Positions 11,509 to 23,520 are shown, counted from the first letter of the stretch. The stretch is 64,000 nt of DNA from Phaeosaccion multiseriatum (GCA_965112735.1 OZ218953.1:1116001-1180000), one strand, 5' to 3'. Notes: generated by a model from the letters alone, not told the origin. A program made the numbers and translations.

Positions 11509-13977
11509 TCAAATGTGGTCGAGCTGGCCAGTGAGCGTGGACATCGCCTTGGTCTTTCCGTCGGGAATCATAAACAGCATCAAGGGCTTGCCCTCTCCAA
11601 TGTACGGCCTGTCCACTCGGAAGAAGGCCCTCCTCTCCAGCTGTACCACATCTCCTGTGTTGAGGGTACGGCAGCACGGGTCGACGAGGGCCTGATCCTC
11701 CGCCAAGGTCCTCTCCGTCACAAAGTCCTCAAAGCACTCTCCCTCTTCAATCTTGTCCTTGGTGATAAGGTAGTCAAACTCCACCAGCCGGGCAGGCACC
11801 AGCTCGTCCACCTTCGCGATCCAGGAAAGCTTCTTGGCGGTCTTCTTGACATCACCGTCCACCACATACTGCCCCTCCAAACGGACTACTTTCCCTCCCT
11901 CCTCTGCTCTCTCCACCTTGGTCATCACCACGTTGCCCCACCTCATGAGGGTCACCTCCTCCCCCTCGGTCAGCCCCTGCGCGTCCTGACCTTCGAGAAG
12001 CAGGACCTTGGCGAGGCGCATGGGCCTCGTTCCCATCTCCGGCCGCTTGGGGTGTACTTGCACAGTGATGGCCGCATTGCCTTTGCCCTCCTCGTCCAAA
12101 CCGGCAATCGGGGTGGTAATGTGCAGCTCCACAGCACAAGACGCACTCACGGACATGTAGCGAGCGGCAGTAGGCTCGTACTGCTTCTTGTTCTGCGACC
12201 AAAACTTGTCCCACTGCATATTGACGATCCTTTTACTCGCCCCTTGCTCGATGATGAAATCTCTGAGTGCTGGCATACTCACCCCGCGCCGGACAATGCC
12301 CTGGATGGTGGGGAAGCGGGGGTCGAACCAGCCCTCCACCTTGCCCGTCTCCACGAACCACCGAAGCTTTCGCTTAGAGAGCACAGTGCGAACAAAGTTC
12401 AAGCGTGCAAAGGAGTGGATACGGACCTTGCGCAGCTTCATCACATTGAGCATAAAGTCGTACTGGGCGTCTCGGTCGTTGTACTCAGTGGTCCTTAGTG
12501 CGTGTGTCACCCCCTCGTGGGAGTCCACGATCGGACAGGCGAAGTCATAGGTAGGGTAGGCCTTGTACTTTGTACCAGTGCGAAGGTGGGGGGTGCTGTT
12601 GGCGCGGTAAATGACAGGGTCGCGCATGGCTCCGTTGGGGTCCTGCATGTCAATCTTCATGCGCAGGCAGTACGCACTGGCCTCCTCATTACCCTCGCAG
12701 AGCAACTTGAAGAGGCGAAGCGTCTCCTTAGGGTCCTGGTTGCGATGCTTGCTCTCCTTTCGGGCCATTCGCTCCTCTCGCATCTGCTCCTGCGGGGTGT
12801 CATCCATATAGGCATGCCCCCCCTTGATGCACTGCTCTGCCATCTTGCGCAGCAGGTCGAAGTGATCGGAGGTGTGCGTGGTCATGTCGGGTTCGACTCC
12901 CATCGTCTTCAAGTCCGCCAAGATGCTCTCCTGAAACTCATCCGTCTCCTTGGAAGGGTTGGTGTCGTCGAACCTACAAATCAACTTGCCCTTGTAGTGG
13001 CGGGCGTAAAACTCGTTGAGCAGACACGCCTTGGCGTGTCCAATGTGCAGATACCCCGAGGGCTCGGGCGGGAAGCGCACCACCACTTTCCCCTCCTCCG
13101 CACCCTCCAACACGGGCAGCCCGTTGGCGATCGTGGTGGGGTTGGTCACAGTCTTGGGCGCCAATTTGAGCGCCTTAGCAGAGCAGGTGCTCACCACGCC
13201 CTGGAGAGCACGGGGGGCATCTCGAATGGCCGGCTGGGCGGAGACACTGCTCCACCACCGGACCAGGGCCTGCTGCGCCTTGTCCTTACCCGTCGCCTGC
13301 GTGGCCGTCGGGGGCGGGATCTTTCCTGCAACCAGCGCTTGGTAGACGGCCACGTCTGCCAGAGTCAGGCTGTACCCCACCAGGTACGTTCTCCCTTGCA
13401 GGTGCGACTGAAGCGCATGCAACAGGTCCTGCGCGCTGAGGTAGAGGGTGGCGTCCATCCACTGATCCACCTGGGAAGCCAAGAGCGGGTCGGCGCCCGC
13501 TGCGGTAGGAGTAGAAGTAGCACCAATGAGCTTCCCTCCTCCGTAGAATCTGGCAATGTAGCGAGCAATAGAGTTGTCGCCGCTGATGGAGCCCTTAATC
13601 ACCGCCGCCGCCGGCTTCTTCTCCGCAGCGTCTTCCCCTTCCCCTTCTCCTTCTCCGCCGACCACCTTCTCCTTCACAATGATGCTGGGCGACTCCCCCG
13701 CCTTTCCCAAGGCAAAGTCAATCGCGTTCAGACATCCCGTCAGCGCAGCTGCGGTGTAGGCCAAGAGCGGGGCCTTCGATCGAGGGAAGACGATTTGGCT
13801 GCAAGCCGTCTTGTCAATTCTCTTGTCCACCGGTTTGTCCGCCATTTTCGCCCCCGCTATCTTCTGCTTCTTGGAGGCCTTCTTGGCCATCTTCGCCAAG
13901 GCCTTCTTGCTCAGCTCCTGCCCTCCTCCCGGAGGAGGAGGAGGTGCTGCTGCTGCTGCTGCATCATCGCTCGCCAT
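11509..13977 (-). CDS. GUS1: Cytosolic (eukaryote-type) glutamyl-tRNA synthetase with N-terminal GST-like domain, intronless
   Basis: RFPPEPSGYLHIGHAKA (HIGH), RFDDTNPSKE, YPTYDFACPIVDS, THALRTTEY, VLSKRKL, WFDPRFPTIQG, QLERRAFFRVD. GST-C-like VDQWMD..YLVGYSLTLADVAVY. Start taken at MASDD (13977); an in-frame ATG also exists at 14070. Confidence 0.96.
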   Translation of the reverse strand: MASDDAAAAAAPPPPPGGGQELSKKALAKMAKKASKKQKIAGAKMADKPVDKRIDKTACSQIVFPRSKAPLLAYTAAALTGCLNAIDFALGKAGESPSIIVKEKVVGGEGEGEGEDAAEKKPAAAVIKGSISGDNSIARYIARFYGGGKLIGATSTPTAAGADPLLASQVDQWMDATLYLSAQDLLHALQSHLQGRTYLVGYSLTLADVAVYQALVAGKIPPPTATQATGKDKAQQALVRWWSSVSAQPAIRDAPRALQGVVSTCSAKALKLAPKTVTNPTTIANGLPVLEGAEEGKVVVRFPPEPSGYLHIGHAKACLLNEFYARHYKGKLICRFDDTNPSKETDEFQESILADLKTMGVEPDMTTHTSDHFDLLRKMAEQCIKGGHAYMDDTPQEQMREERMARKESKHRNQDPKETLRLFKLLCEGNEEASAYCLRMKIDMQDPNGAMRDPVIYRANSTPHLRTGTKYKAYPTYDFACPIVDSHEGVTHALRTTEYNDRDAQYDFMLNVMKLRKVRIHSFARLNFVRTVLSKRKLRWFVETGKVEGWFDPRFPTIQGIVRRGVSMPALRDFIIEQGASKRIVNMQWDKFWSQNKKQYEPTAARYMSVSASCAVELHITTPIAGLDEEGKGNAAITVQVHPKRPEMGTRPMRLAKVLLLEGQDAQGLTEGEEVTLMRWGNVVMTKVERAEEGGKVVRLEGQYVVDGDVKKTAKKLSWIAKVDELVPARLVEFDYLITKDKIEEGECFEDFVTERTLAEDQALVDPCCRTLNTGDVVQLERRAFFRVDRPYIGEGKPLMLFMIPDGKTKAMSTLTGQLDHI

Positions 13978-14098
13978 GATCACTTGGAATGGTGGGTGTG
14001 CAGGAAAAGTTGAGGGTAGCCTGTGAGGCCGCAGAACCAACTTATGAAGCCAAATTAAAGTGGTCCGCATTTAAAAAAGGGAGAGAGTCGGAAGGAGC
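13978..14098. promoter_or_regulatory. Compact divergent (bidirectional) promoter between GluRS and the ACS-like gene
   Basis: Only 121 bp separate the two head-to-head ATGs. Contains CCAAATTAAA and TTTAAAAAA AT-rich patches. Confidence 0.55.
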
Positions 14099-14595
14099 AT
14101 GAGCCCGCCCCTGAGTAAGGCCGGGGTAGACCTGGCGGGCAAGAGCATCCTCTCCTATCTCGACCTCGTCCTGGCGGCCTTTATGAACGTGTATCATCCT
14201 GAGGACAACCCAGAAGGCATCATCAACCTGTGCATTGCCGAGAATAAGCTCACCTTTGTGGACGAGCTGAAGAGCGTGTACCTCGGTATCCCCCCCAAGA
14301 AAGGGTGTGCTACTGCTACTTCTGATGCGGATGCGGCGGGTGATGTACGGGACAAAGAGGAGGCTGTTGTTGGACCCACGCCATTACCAGACAGCATCTT
14401 TTCCTATGACGACGGTCGTGGGACGCATGAATTGCGCGGCAGAGGTGAGGAAGGTTCCGCTTCGCCTTTGTCACCGGCAGCCCAGCTCTACCCCCTCCTT
14501 CGGAATCCCTTCTGCCTTCCATCACCCTTCCCCACGCCTCTTGTCCCTACCCTGGTCCTCTAGCCTCTCTATACGCTCCACGTCCTTTTCTCTCT

Positions 14596-14629
<34 letters not shown>

Positions 14630-15205
14630 CTCCCTCCCTTCCCTCCCCCTCCTCCCGCCCGGCCGCGAGACAAGTGGCCTCCCTGATGGAGGACAAGGTC
14701 TGCCCGGGCACCCCTGTATCCCCTGATAATCTCTGCATCATGGCCGGAGTGGGCTCCGTAATAGGTGCCGCCTGCATGTCCCTCATTGATCCTGGACAAT
14801 CCATCCTCATCCCCGCACCGTACTATGCGGCCTTTGACGTGGACACGACCGTCATGAGTGGCGCTGTCGTCGTGCCCGTGGAGTGGTGGCAACCCCACAA
14901 AGGAGAGCAACAAGTTGGAGACAGAGAGCAGCTGGAGGAGGGAGGAGGGGGGGGAGGAGGGGGAGGAGGAGGTGCCTTCTACTTGACTACGGCGTCCCTG
15001 GAGAGAGCCCATGCCAGAGCCGTCTCCGAGGGCAGCCAACCGAAGGTGCTGCTGCTCACCAATCCCAACAACCCGCTGGGAACGTGTCTCACTGTGGAAG
15101 AGTTGGACATCGCAGTGGCCTTTGCGAGAAAGCACGAAATGCACATTCTCTCCGACGAGATTTATGCGTTGAGCTCCTTCAATGGACTGAGTCAAGTTAA
15201 TAAAG

Positions 15206-15244
<39 letters not shown>

Positions 15245-16360
15245 GAGGAGGAGGAGGAGGAGGAGGAGGAGGAGGAGGAGGAGAGGCAAGAGGTGGGAAA
15301 CCTCGGCCCTTCCAAGAGACGGAGTTCGTTTCAATGGCCTCCTACATGGGAAGGGGAGATGTGCACATACTGTGGGGCTTCTCCAAGGACTTTGGCGCCA
15401 GTGGGCTGCGGTGTGGATTGGTCTTTTCGCACAATGAGGCTTTGCTCAAGGCCTTTGGCTTGCTTTGTATATTTGCGCAGACCTCCATACACACCCAGGC
15501 GTGTTTGTCGCGAATGCTGTATGACAGACCGGCCGTTGATAGGTGGGTGTGGGGGTTGAGAGGGAAGGGGAGGCGAGGAGAGGGGGAAGAAGAGGGAAGG
15601 GAGGGCTGCTCCTTCTGTATCACCAACTGCTGCTCTTTCTGCTTGTATCACCAACTGCCCACCGCAAGGTACCTGACGCGAAACAGCGTCAACCTCGCTC
15701 AAAGCTATGACGTGGCGTGTCGGGCGGTCACAGACATGGGCCTGGAGTACCAACCCGCCAACGCCGGCATGTACCTATGGGTCAACATGCAGCCCCTCCT
15801 TGGGGGAGACTTGACATGGGAGGCGGAGGACAAGCTGCACAGACACATGGCTAAGCTTGGAGTGCTCCTAACTCCGGGCAAGCCTCAGCACGCCGCTCAG
15901 CCGGGTGGGTACAGACAGGCATATGGGCAGGAGGCAGACAGGCAGGATTCGGGGTTTCACGTCGCGTCCGTAGACGCCCGACGCTAAACGTCCATCTGTC
16001 TGCTCTGCTCTGCTACTGCTGCTGCTGCTACTGCCACCCTCCTGCTGCTGCTGGTGGTGGTGGTGGTTGGTGGTAGTGTGGTGATGCTGCTGGTGGTGGC
16101 ATTTCCCATCCTCCTCTGCCCCCCCCTCCCTCCTGAACCCCTGCCCTCGTCTTCTCATCCCTTCACATCATCCTCGGAGTCCGTCTCCAAGCCCCCACCC
16201 GACCCCCCCTCCTAACGCACCCCTTCCTAATCTCTCTCTCCTACCCCCTTCCCTCTGCCCAGGCTTCTTCCGCATCTGTTACGCCTTCGTCCGCCCCTCC
16301 GTGCTCGAAGTGGCCATGCAGCGGCTAAAAAGAGCGGCGGAGGGAGTTACGGCGTCGTGA
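14099..16360 (+). CDS. ACCS: ACC-synthase-like PLP-dependent aminotransferase (class I/II)
   Basis: Exons 14099-14444, 14675-15542, 15669-15904, 16263-16360. Motifs YHPEDNPEGIINLCIAENKL, IPAPYY, LLTNPNNPLG, LSDEIYA, HILWGFSKDFGASGLRCG (PLP lysine), PGFFRICYA. Confidence 0.9.
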
Positions 16361-16856
16361 AGGGGGTGGGGGGAGTGAAAGAGCTGTATATATATATAGT
16401 CCTGGCCCTGACTGGGTGACTGGGTCCTGCACAGAGCGGCGGAGAGGGGTTCAAGACGTGTGGGGAGTATCCAGAGTGGTTCGTGTGGTGGTCCTGGTTG
16501 GGTGTCTGGGTGCCCACCTGGTCAGTAGCCAGAACGACGCGTAGGAACTGCCCTCTCCTCCTCTATGTGAGGACGAGTTGGTGCTTCACAGAGCATCCCT
16601 CCATTCCTGCAAGACAGGCTGCCGCCCCCGCCTCCTCTTTGTGAGGAGGACTTCATTGGCATAAGTGGGGCGGTGGTCGCTTGGTCTCGGTGCCTCATCG
16701 CGTATATATATATATATATATAATAATTATATATATATATATATATGTAACAATACGCTTGTTCTTGTTGATTGCCGATTCCCTAATTTAAAAGCAATAG
16801 CATCAGCAGCAAGCAGAATTTAAAAAAAAAAAATACAAAAAACACGAAGAGCCCTC

Positions 16857-18523
16857 TCATGTATCACCAACTGCTGCGGCTGCTGCTGCTGTATCACCAA
16901 CCGCCGCCCTTTCCGCCGCCCTTCCGCCCGCCACTCTGCCCATGACCACACACTCCAAGAGACTGTTGCCCACAAGTCTGTTGGCCCCATGAACCCCGCC
17001 CGTAACCTCCCCTGCTGCAAACAACCCTTGCACCGGCACCGCACCCTCACTGGCCCCTCCTTCGCCTCCCTCTCTGTTGCCCTCACTGCTGCCCTCGCCG
17101 CTACCCGTATGATTGCTGTTGCGGCTGACCCTTCCGTCTGTGTCGATGGAGACGCCGCCCATGGTGTAGTGAATTGCAGGGGTGACGATGGCCATGTCTA
17201 GTGATCATCATAAGTTAATCGATAGGGGGATTCGATGAGAAGAAGAGGAGGAGGAGGAGGAGGAGGAGAAAGAGGAGGAGGAGGAGGAGGAGGAGGAGGA
17301 GGAGAAAGAGGAGGAGGAGGAGGAGGAGGAGGAGGAGGAGGAGGAGGAGGAGGAGGAGGAGGAGGAGGAGGAGGAGGAGGAGGAAGAGGAGAAAGAGGAG
17401 GAGGAGGAGGAGGAGGAGGAGGAGGAGGAGGAGAAAGGAGGGGAACCGTCACAACCACAGAGAGAGGGCGGCAGGGCGGGGGCGGGGGGGGGGGGGAGGA
17501 AACAGGGGGGCAGTGAGGGACACAAGACGGCGAGGAGAAATGAGGGGCAGGGGAGAAGGAGAAGGAGAAGGAGAAGAAGGAGGAGGAGAATAAATCAAAC
17601 GAGTTTGGTTGCACTTACAAAAGACGCCGTCGGCATCGAGCTTGTGGGTGGGGAACACCGTCTTGCCAAAGGGGTCCGCCAATCCGCCGTCGTCCTCAGA
17701 GGAAGAGGTGGCGGTGGCCACTGCCGTGTAAGCAGCGAAGGTGCTTCGAAGCTGCTCCTCGGCTCCCTCCGCCAGCCCGAGCTTTACCGCGATGTCTTGC
17801 ACCCCTTCGGCCTTCTGTACCAAGCCCTTCGACTGTTGGGTAAGGGGAGAGGGAGAGGGAGGTGAGGGGGAGGCGGAGGGGAGGAGGAGGAGAAGGGGAG
17901 GTTGGAGGACGAGGAGAAGGAGAGGTCGGAGGATGAGGAGGAGGAGGAGGAGGAGGAGGAGGAGGGTGGGGGGGGGTACGTACGTAACATGGGCGTTGGG
18001 TTGGGCGATTTTCCTTTTTGCCTCACACCTGATAGAAGCCCAGCGTCTTGGTTCCGAAGGCCTCCGCCGCCTCCTCGCTCATAAGCAGGTAAGCCGCTCG
18101 CATGCGCGTCGCAGCCCCCTCCTCCTCCCCTTGCCCCTCTCTGTCCCCCCCTAGGTCTACCCCATGGTCGTAAATAGCCTGTGTGACTGTGGATCGCAGT
18201 GTCAGCTCGTTGACGAAGCGCCGCCCCATCCCGTCCACAAGGATGCCTCCTTCCCCACGCATGGCCTCCGGGGCGAGGAACTTACTCAGTCTGTTGAGAG
18301 GGAGGGAAAGGTGGCCGTGGATGGTTAGTGGATTGATCGGTTGGATGGCAGTGGATGGTTTGGTTGGTTGGTTGGTTGGTTGGTTGGATGGATGAAAGTT
18401 GATGGTTCGGATGGATGAAAGTAGATGCATCATAGGATTGCATGGCAGTGCATGGTCCATTGGATGAATGGCAACGCACGGTTCGTTGGATGGAAGACAG
18501 TGGGTCGTTCAGAGGGAGTGAGT

Positions 18524-18581
<58 letters not shown>

Positions 18582-20370
18582 GCGAGGGATGGAGTTTGGG
18601 TCAGGGTCAGGGGTAAGGTGACCCATACCCCCTTAACACGCCTTGTGCCGCACTCACCCGAGCGGATTCTTGGGGTCGACAAGGCTGGTCGGGTGTACTT
18701 GCACTTGGTCGAGATCCACAAGCCGAGCACCTGCCGCAGAGGCCAGGTGGATGCCGTCACCCGTCGCCTGAGTAAAAGAGAGGAGCGGGGGGAGAGACCA
18801 ACCACGTAGGAAGGTAGGTACGTAGGTGGGTAGGTAAGTAGGTAGGTAGGAAAGGGAGTGGGCTCGACATTCTCGGGAAGGGGGGAGGGACAAAGGGAGG
18901 GAGCAAGCGTAGAGACAGATGGGAAGAGAGGGATCAATGATGCATACAACAGGGAGAGAAGGAAGAGTGGCCCCAAACCCCGCCCTCGCGGCCGCAACGG
19001 CCCTTGGCCCATGCAATCCTAACTCACTCACCTGCGGCCCGCTGGTGGTGGGAAGGTGAAGCTTGTCGGGGGAGTGCGCAGCGAGGAGGGACCCCTTGGA
19101 GCGGTCGAACGCAAAGCCCCCTGTGGTGAGGATCACCGCTGCGCCGCGCAGCTCCTGCTCATCCCCCCAGCTTCCCTCCGATGGTGCTTCTCCTTCTCCT
19201 CCTCCTCCTCCTCCTCCTCCTCCTCCGTCGCCACTGGAAAATTTTTGGTACTTGACTCCCACCACAACCTCATCTTCTGCTGTATCACCAACTGTCGCTG
19301 CTGCTGCAGTCTCGACGATCAAGCCCGTCACTTTGGTGGCCGTCCATACTTCCACCCCTTCCGCCGCTTCCACTGCCTTTTGCAACGTAGAGACGATCGT
19401 CCAACCCAACGGAGCGCCGGACGCGAGCCGATGGGTACGTGGGAACTGATGGCCCCCGCCTTCGGCCACAACACTTAAATCCAAACCGAATGTCTCCAGC
19501 CACTCCACCGCCTCTTTGGACTTGCCTGAAGGGGAGTGGGGAGGAGGGGCCGAGGTGGGGTGGGTGAGGTGGGGGGGGGTAGTTGTGGTCTGGTTTGTCA
19601 ACCATTACTTGTTCGCTCCGCTTTGGAGATACGTAGTATAAATGAAGGCGAGGGCAGGGTATAGAGAAAGAAGAGTGCCGTAAGACGCATCCACCAATCA
19701 ATCAACCAATCAGCCAATCACCTGCGATGAACCTGACAAGCTCTGGGGAGGCCCTGTCCCCTCCGGAGGCCAAGATATCCTGCGCAAACAGCTCGTTCGA
19801 GTCTCCCTGTGCCGGCTGCTGCGACTGCTGCTTTCGCTTTAGCTCGATCTTGCTGCCCTGCGCGTCAGTGAGGGCGGCGTTGATGCCAGACGTGGCCTTG
19901 GCGCTATTCCCTCCGATGCGCTTCTCCTTATCCAGCAGTATCACCTTGGCGCCCCGAGTAGAGGCTGTAAACGCGTATAGGCCAAGCACGACAAATAAGA
20001 GGGGCCCGCAAGATCCAGCAGGAGGAGACAGAGGGAGAGGGGGGGGGGTGGATGAGCAGATGGGCAGTAGCTTCCGCGGAGGGTGTGGAAGTTCCCTACC
20101 CGTGATGAGCTATGCCTCGGTGGCGCCAGTTGCCGGTTCGAGCTGTTCAGTCTCTTCTCTTTTGCTTGTCCCTATCGCTCGCTTACCTTCAAGGGCGGCC
20201 GACAATCCTGCGAGACCTCCACCCACGATTACGATAATACTCATGTCCCCACACTGGCCCACTGCCCCCCCCTCCTCAGGATCCGCTCCGACCGTAGGGG
20301 CGAGGAGAAGCGCCGCAAAACTGAGCAAAAAGAGCACCACACATGTACGCGTGTACACGAGTCCTTCCAT
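16857..20370 (-). CDS. OSM1: Soluble FAD-dependent fumarate reductase (flavocytochrome c / Osm1-Frd1 family) with N-terminal signal peptide
   Basis: Seven phase-consistent exons 20370-20187, 19964-19722, 19525-19032, 18767-18658, 18290-18029, 17832-17619, 17197-16857. Motifs [80 protein letters not shown]. Confidence 0.92.
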
Positions 20371-20597
20371 CTCCTCACTCTCAGCTACTAAGCTGCTCCG
20401 CGCCTTGTGGGGGGGCGCTGCTCAACAACAAGGCGGACAAGAGCGGAGAGAGAAAAGTGCGCAAATTGGAACCTCAAGGAAGCGATCACCCCTTATAACC
20501 AACTGTCCTACCTGTGAGTCCTTTGGCTGCGGCGCGATAACGGCTAAATAAAACACCTTTGCCCTCCCTCTCTCTTTCAGCACTACTGAGCAAGAGC

Positions 20598-21332
20598 ATG
20601 GGGCCTCCTAAGCAGACTGAAGACCCCCGTGATGAGGCTGCAGCGTACATCAAGGCCAAGCGCATAGACCAGCTCTTCCAGGAGCTCAGCAACCGCCTGA
20701 TGTACCACCGCCCGGCCCAGCCCAACGTTTTCCTGGTGGAAGTGCTACAGAGTATCAAGACGGCGCGGAAGGAAGGCACACCGGTAGGTTAAAAGGGGGG
20801 ATGTGGTAAGGGGTGGCTCGAAACAGCAACAGGGCAGCAGGTGATAGAGAGCGCTGTGTAATAATTATCGGCGAAGGAGGAAAAAACTGGAGGAAATGAA
20901 GCACCAGGCTCACATTGTGTGACCCCTACGGTCTTTCCCAAATCTTTCTCCACCCTTGGCACCTGTTGACTCCAGACCTCCTTCTTCACCACGGAGGATC
21001 TGGAGGCCATGTTTTCGTTGTTCGACCCCACGGAAACGGGCTTCATCACGGAGGCGCAGTACAAGACAGCCCTGAAGAACGTGGGCGTGGACAATGCGCA
21101 GGTCAAGGCAGGCATTAACTCGGGCGGAAAGCTTGCCAAGGCCAAGTTCATTGACGCAATGTGAGTGATGGTGGACCGGACTTGCACTTGTCTTGTAGCA
21201 GGGGGAAATGAACGATCATGTAGGCCCCCCAAAGCCTCCCTACTTCTAACACAACTTTGCTATCCGTGAAACCCCTGCCCCCCCCTCTCCGCACACAGAA
21301 ATGAAGAGTTGCGGCTGAACTCTCTCACCTAG
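20598..21332 (+). CDS. EFCAB10: EFCAB10-like protein (Dpy-30/RIIa-like dimerisation helix pair plus EF-hand)
   Basis: Exons 20598-20783, 20976-21160, 21299-21332. EAAAYIKAKRIDQLFQELSNRLMYHRPAQPNVFL, then FTTEDLEAMFSLFDPTETGFITEAQYKTAL. Confidence 0.8.
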
Positions 21333-21333
21333 A

Positions 21334-21360
21334 TCAGTAGAAGGAGCTACCTACCGTCGT

Positions 21361-21422
<62 letters not shown>

Positions 21423-21670
21423 ATTCCTTCCTCACGAGAGTTTCTTCAGCTGGTGTGCATTGAGTCTCAGCTTCGTCGGTTTTTTCCTCCTGTCCCGCCG
21501 ACCCAATGAGCCTGCGAGTCCCTGCCCCTTCTCCCCAATCCACCATTACCACAACCTCAGCTCGATAAGAGCTATACCCCCAACATGACCACCACCCCCA
21601 CCACCACCACCATCACCAACAACCACAACGGCAGCGACGACAACAACAACATCACCACCATCACCACCAC

Positions 21671-21703
<33 letters not shown>

Positions 21704-22367
21704 GATCAAAATGAGCGAAAACAACAGACCGCACAGTTCCGGTCCGGCCCTTCTCAGCTTCTCCGGCCTCTTGATGGCAGAGGAGAGGAGAGGAGAGAGA
21801 GAGAGAGAGATGAGACGAGAGGAGAGAGAGAGAGAGTGAGAGAGAGGGGGGCGGGAGATGGAGTAGATCAGGCTCGGCATTGCGGCTCTTGCCAGACTTC
21901 TGCACAGTGCCGCCACCGACCGCCACCGGCCTCCCCCTCGCAGTGTCCGAGCTGACGTGCTTCTCCTCGCCGAGAGGGAGGATAAAGCAGGCAAGGTCGG
22001 CAAGCCGGTCTCCTCTGCTGTACGCGCCATGTCCTCCAGGAGCCGGGCACAGGCAAGCACTTCCTCTTTGATGAATCCTCAGTGTCGTGTTCAGCGAAGG
22101 GCTCTTTCCCGACCCGATGACTCGGCACACGAACCAGTGGCAAGATAAGGCACAGAGTGTGTGTGTGTGTATGTGTGTATGTTGTGCTCGGGAGTAGGGT
22201 GGCATCAGCACAGCGATTGGCCGCCTCCTTTGGCTACGAGTGGCATGGAGAGGAGTGAGAAACCTACGCTGGCCATGGCGCTCCATCTATCGGCATTTCT
22301 TCGAAGGAGCGGCGCTGGAGATGAAAGCAAGAGCTAAGCTAAAGAGAACCTCCCGGTTCCAGCGGTG

Positions 22368-22416
<49 letters not shown>

Positions 22417-22660
22417 CAGCATCAGCCGCAGTGGTAGTAGCGGCAGTACAGCGAGAGAACAAAAGAAGGGGGAGTGCAGCAAAGCTACGTGACCGCTCCG
22501 AGGCGGGGGTAGGTCTCTAGGTCGACAGAGGTCCATTCTGAGGGAGTGGCCTCGGAGTAAGAGAGGAGAGAGGGACTAAGCAGAGGCTGCAGTGTAGCGT
22601 TCTCCTACAGCAGCGCTGTGCAAGATATAGGGCCCGGCCCTGCAAGAAGCCTTGGCTGGC
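21334..22660 (-). CDS. Possible multi-exon hypothetical protein with poly-Asp C-terminus; 5' end unresolved
   Basis: Terminal exon ~21571-21334 (SYRAEVVVMVDW..EYDDDD..TTVGSSFY*) follows an AG. Several short AG/GT-bounded segments lie upstream, but I could not fix a full phase-consistent model. Confidence 0.3.
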
Positions 22661-23370
22661 TACGTCGGGCGGCGGCACTTCTTGAGTCAACGAATGAGCA
22701 TCCAATTGCTTGTATAGCATTCGGTTGACTATTGACAAACACAACATTCCGGCGTAGATCTGTCTCCTTTGGACGGGCCGGGGCCGAGCATCTTGCGGGT
22801 GTTGATGGAGGAGAATATGCAGTACACCACAACAGCGACCAAAAATGTAGCCCTTTGTAACGGAAATAACCCTCTCGCGAGTGTCATTTGGTCTGTCGCG
22901 CGCCGCCACGCTACGCCCCTGCTGCGCCAATACTCTCCTCCATCTCCGCTTGTTGCCCTCTCTACTGTCGCCCCTCGGCCGTTACAGTATCGACATTCGT
23001 GCTCTCGACCTGCTTGCTTCTGGCCCCTGATGCTTCTCGTCACTCAGCACAGTCGAGCAGAGCCGAAACCTGGCACCGCCCTTGCTACCACGTGGACCAA
23101 TGATACAACAGCATGAGCCACACCACGGAAGCACCCACCAGAAGCTCCCGAAACGTACCTCTCCGTCTTGTTCCATCCTTGCCTTACTGTCCTCTTCGGC
23201 CAGTCTCCTTCTGGTGTGTGTTCTTCCTCTTCCTAAGCCGTTTTTGGTATGGATCCTTGCTATTCCTTTTGGGACATGGAGAAGGTAAGACACACAATTA
23301 TGGAGGAAAGGAAAGGCGTGTGAGGAAAGGCTGCGCATTTTCAGCCTCGGGGAGTGGGTGTCCGGAGGAT

Positions 23371-23407
23371 GCCCAATCTGGAGCAGCAAGAAGGGTTCCT
23401 TGGAAAT
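23371..23407 (+). promoter_or_regulatory. Shared upstream motif of the secreted-peptide cluster (GCCCAATC..AAGGGTTC..GGAAAT)
   Basis: Also found at 24236-24260 (+), 26822-26842 (-), 27156-27182 (-), and as CAATC-GAACCCTT at 27361-27373. Lies ~105-160 bp upstream of the ATG in the three intact genes. Confidence 0.6.
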
Positions 23408-23520
23408 GTGCTCCGGTAACGGCGCTTGACACGTTGCCACAAGCCCCCTCTCCGCTCACAACCACTCTCCCCCTGCAAGGAAAAGCCCTACAGCCACCCC
23501 AAGACCAACCAACACTCAAG

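Noticed and set aside
11515-14013. Long plus-strand ORFs (327 and 503 aa) antisense to GluRS, suggestive of sense/antisense aaRS coding
   Set aside because: Codon-aligned shadow ORFs are expected in GC-rich genes that rarely use TTA/CTA/TCA. No recognisable motifs.
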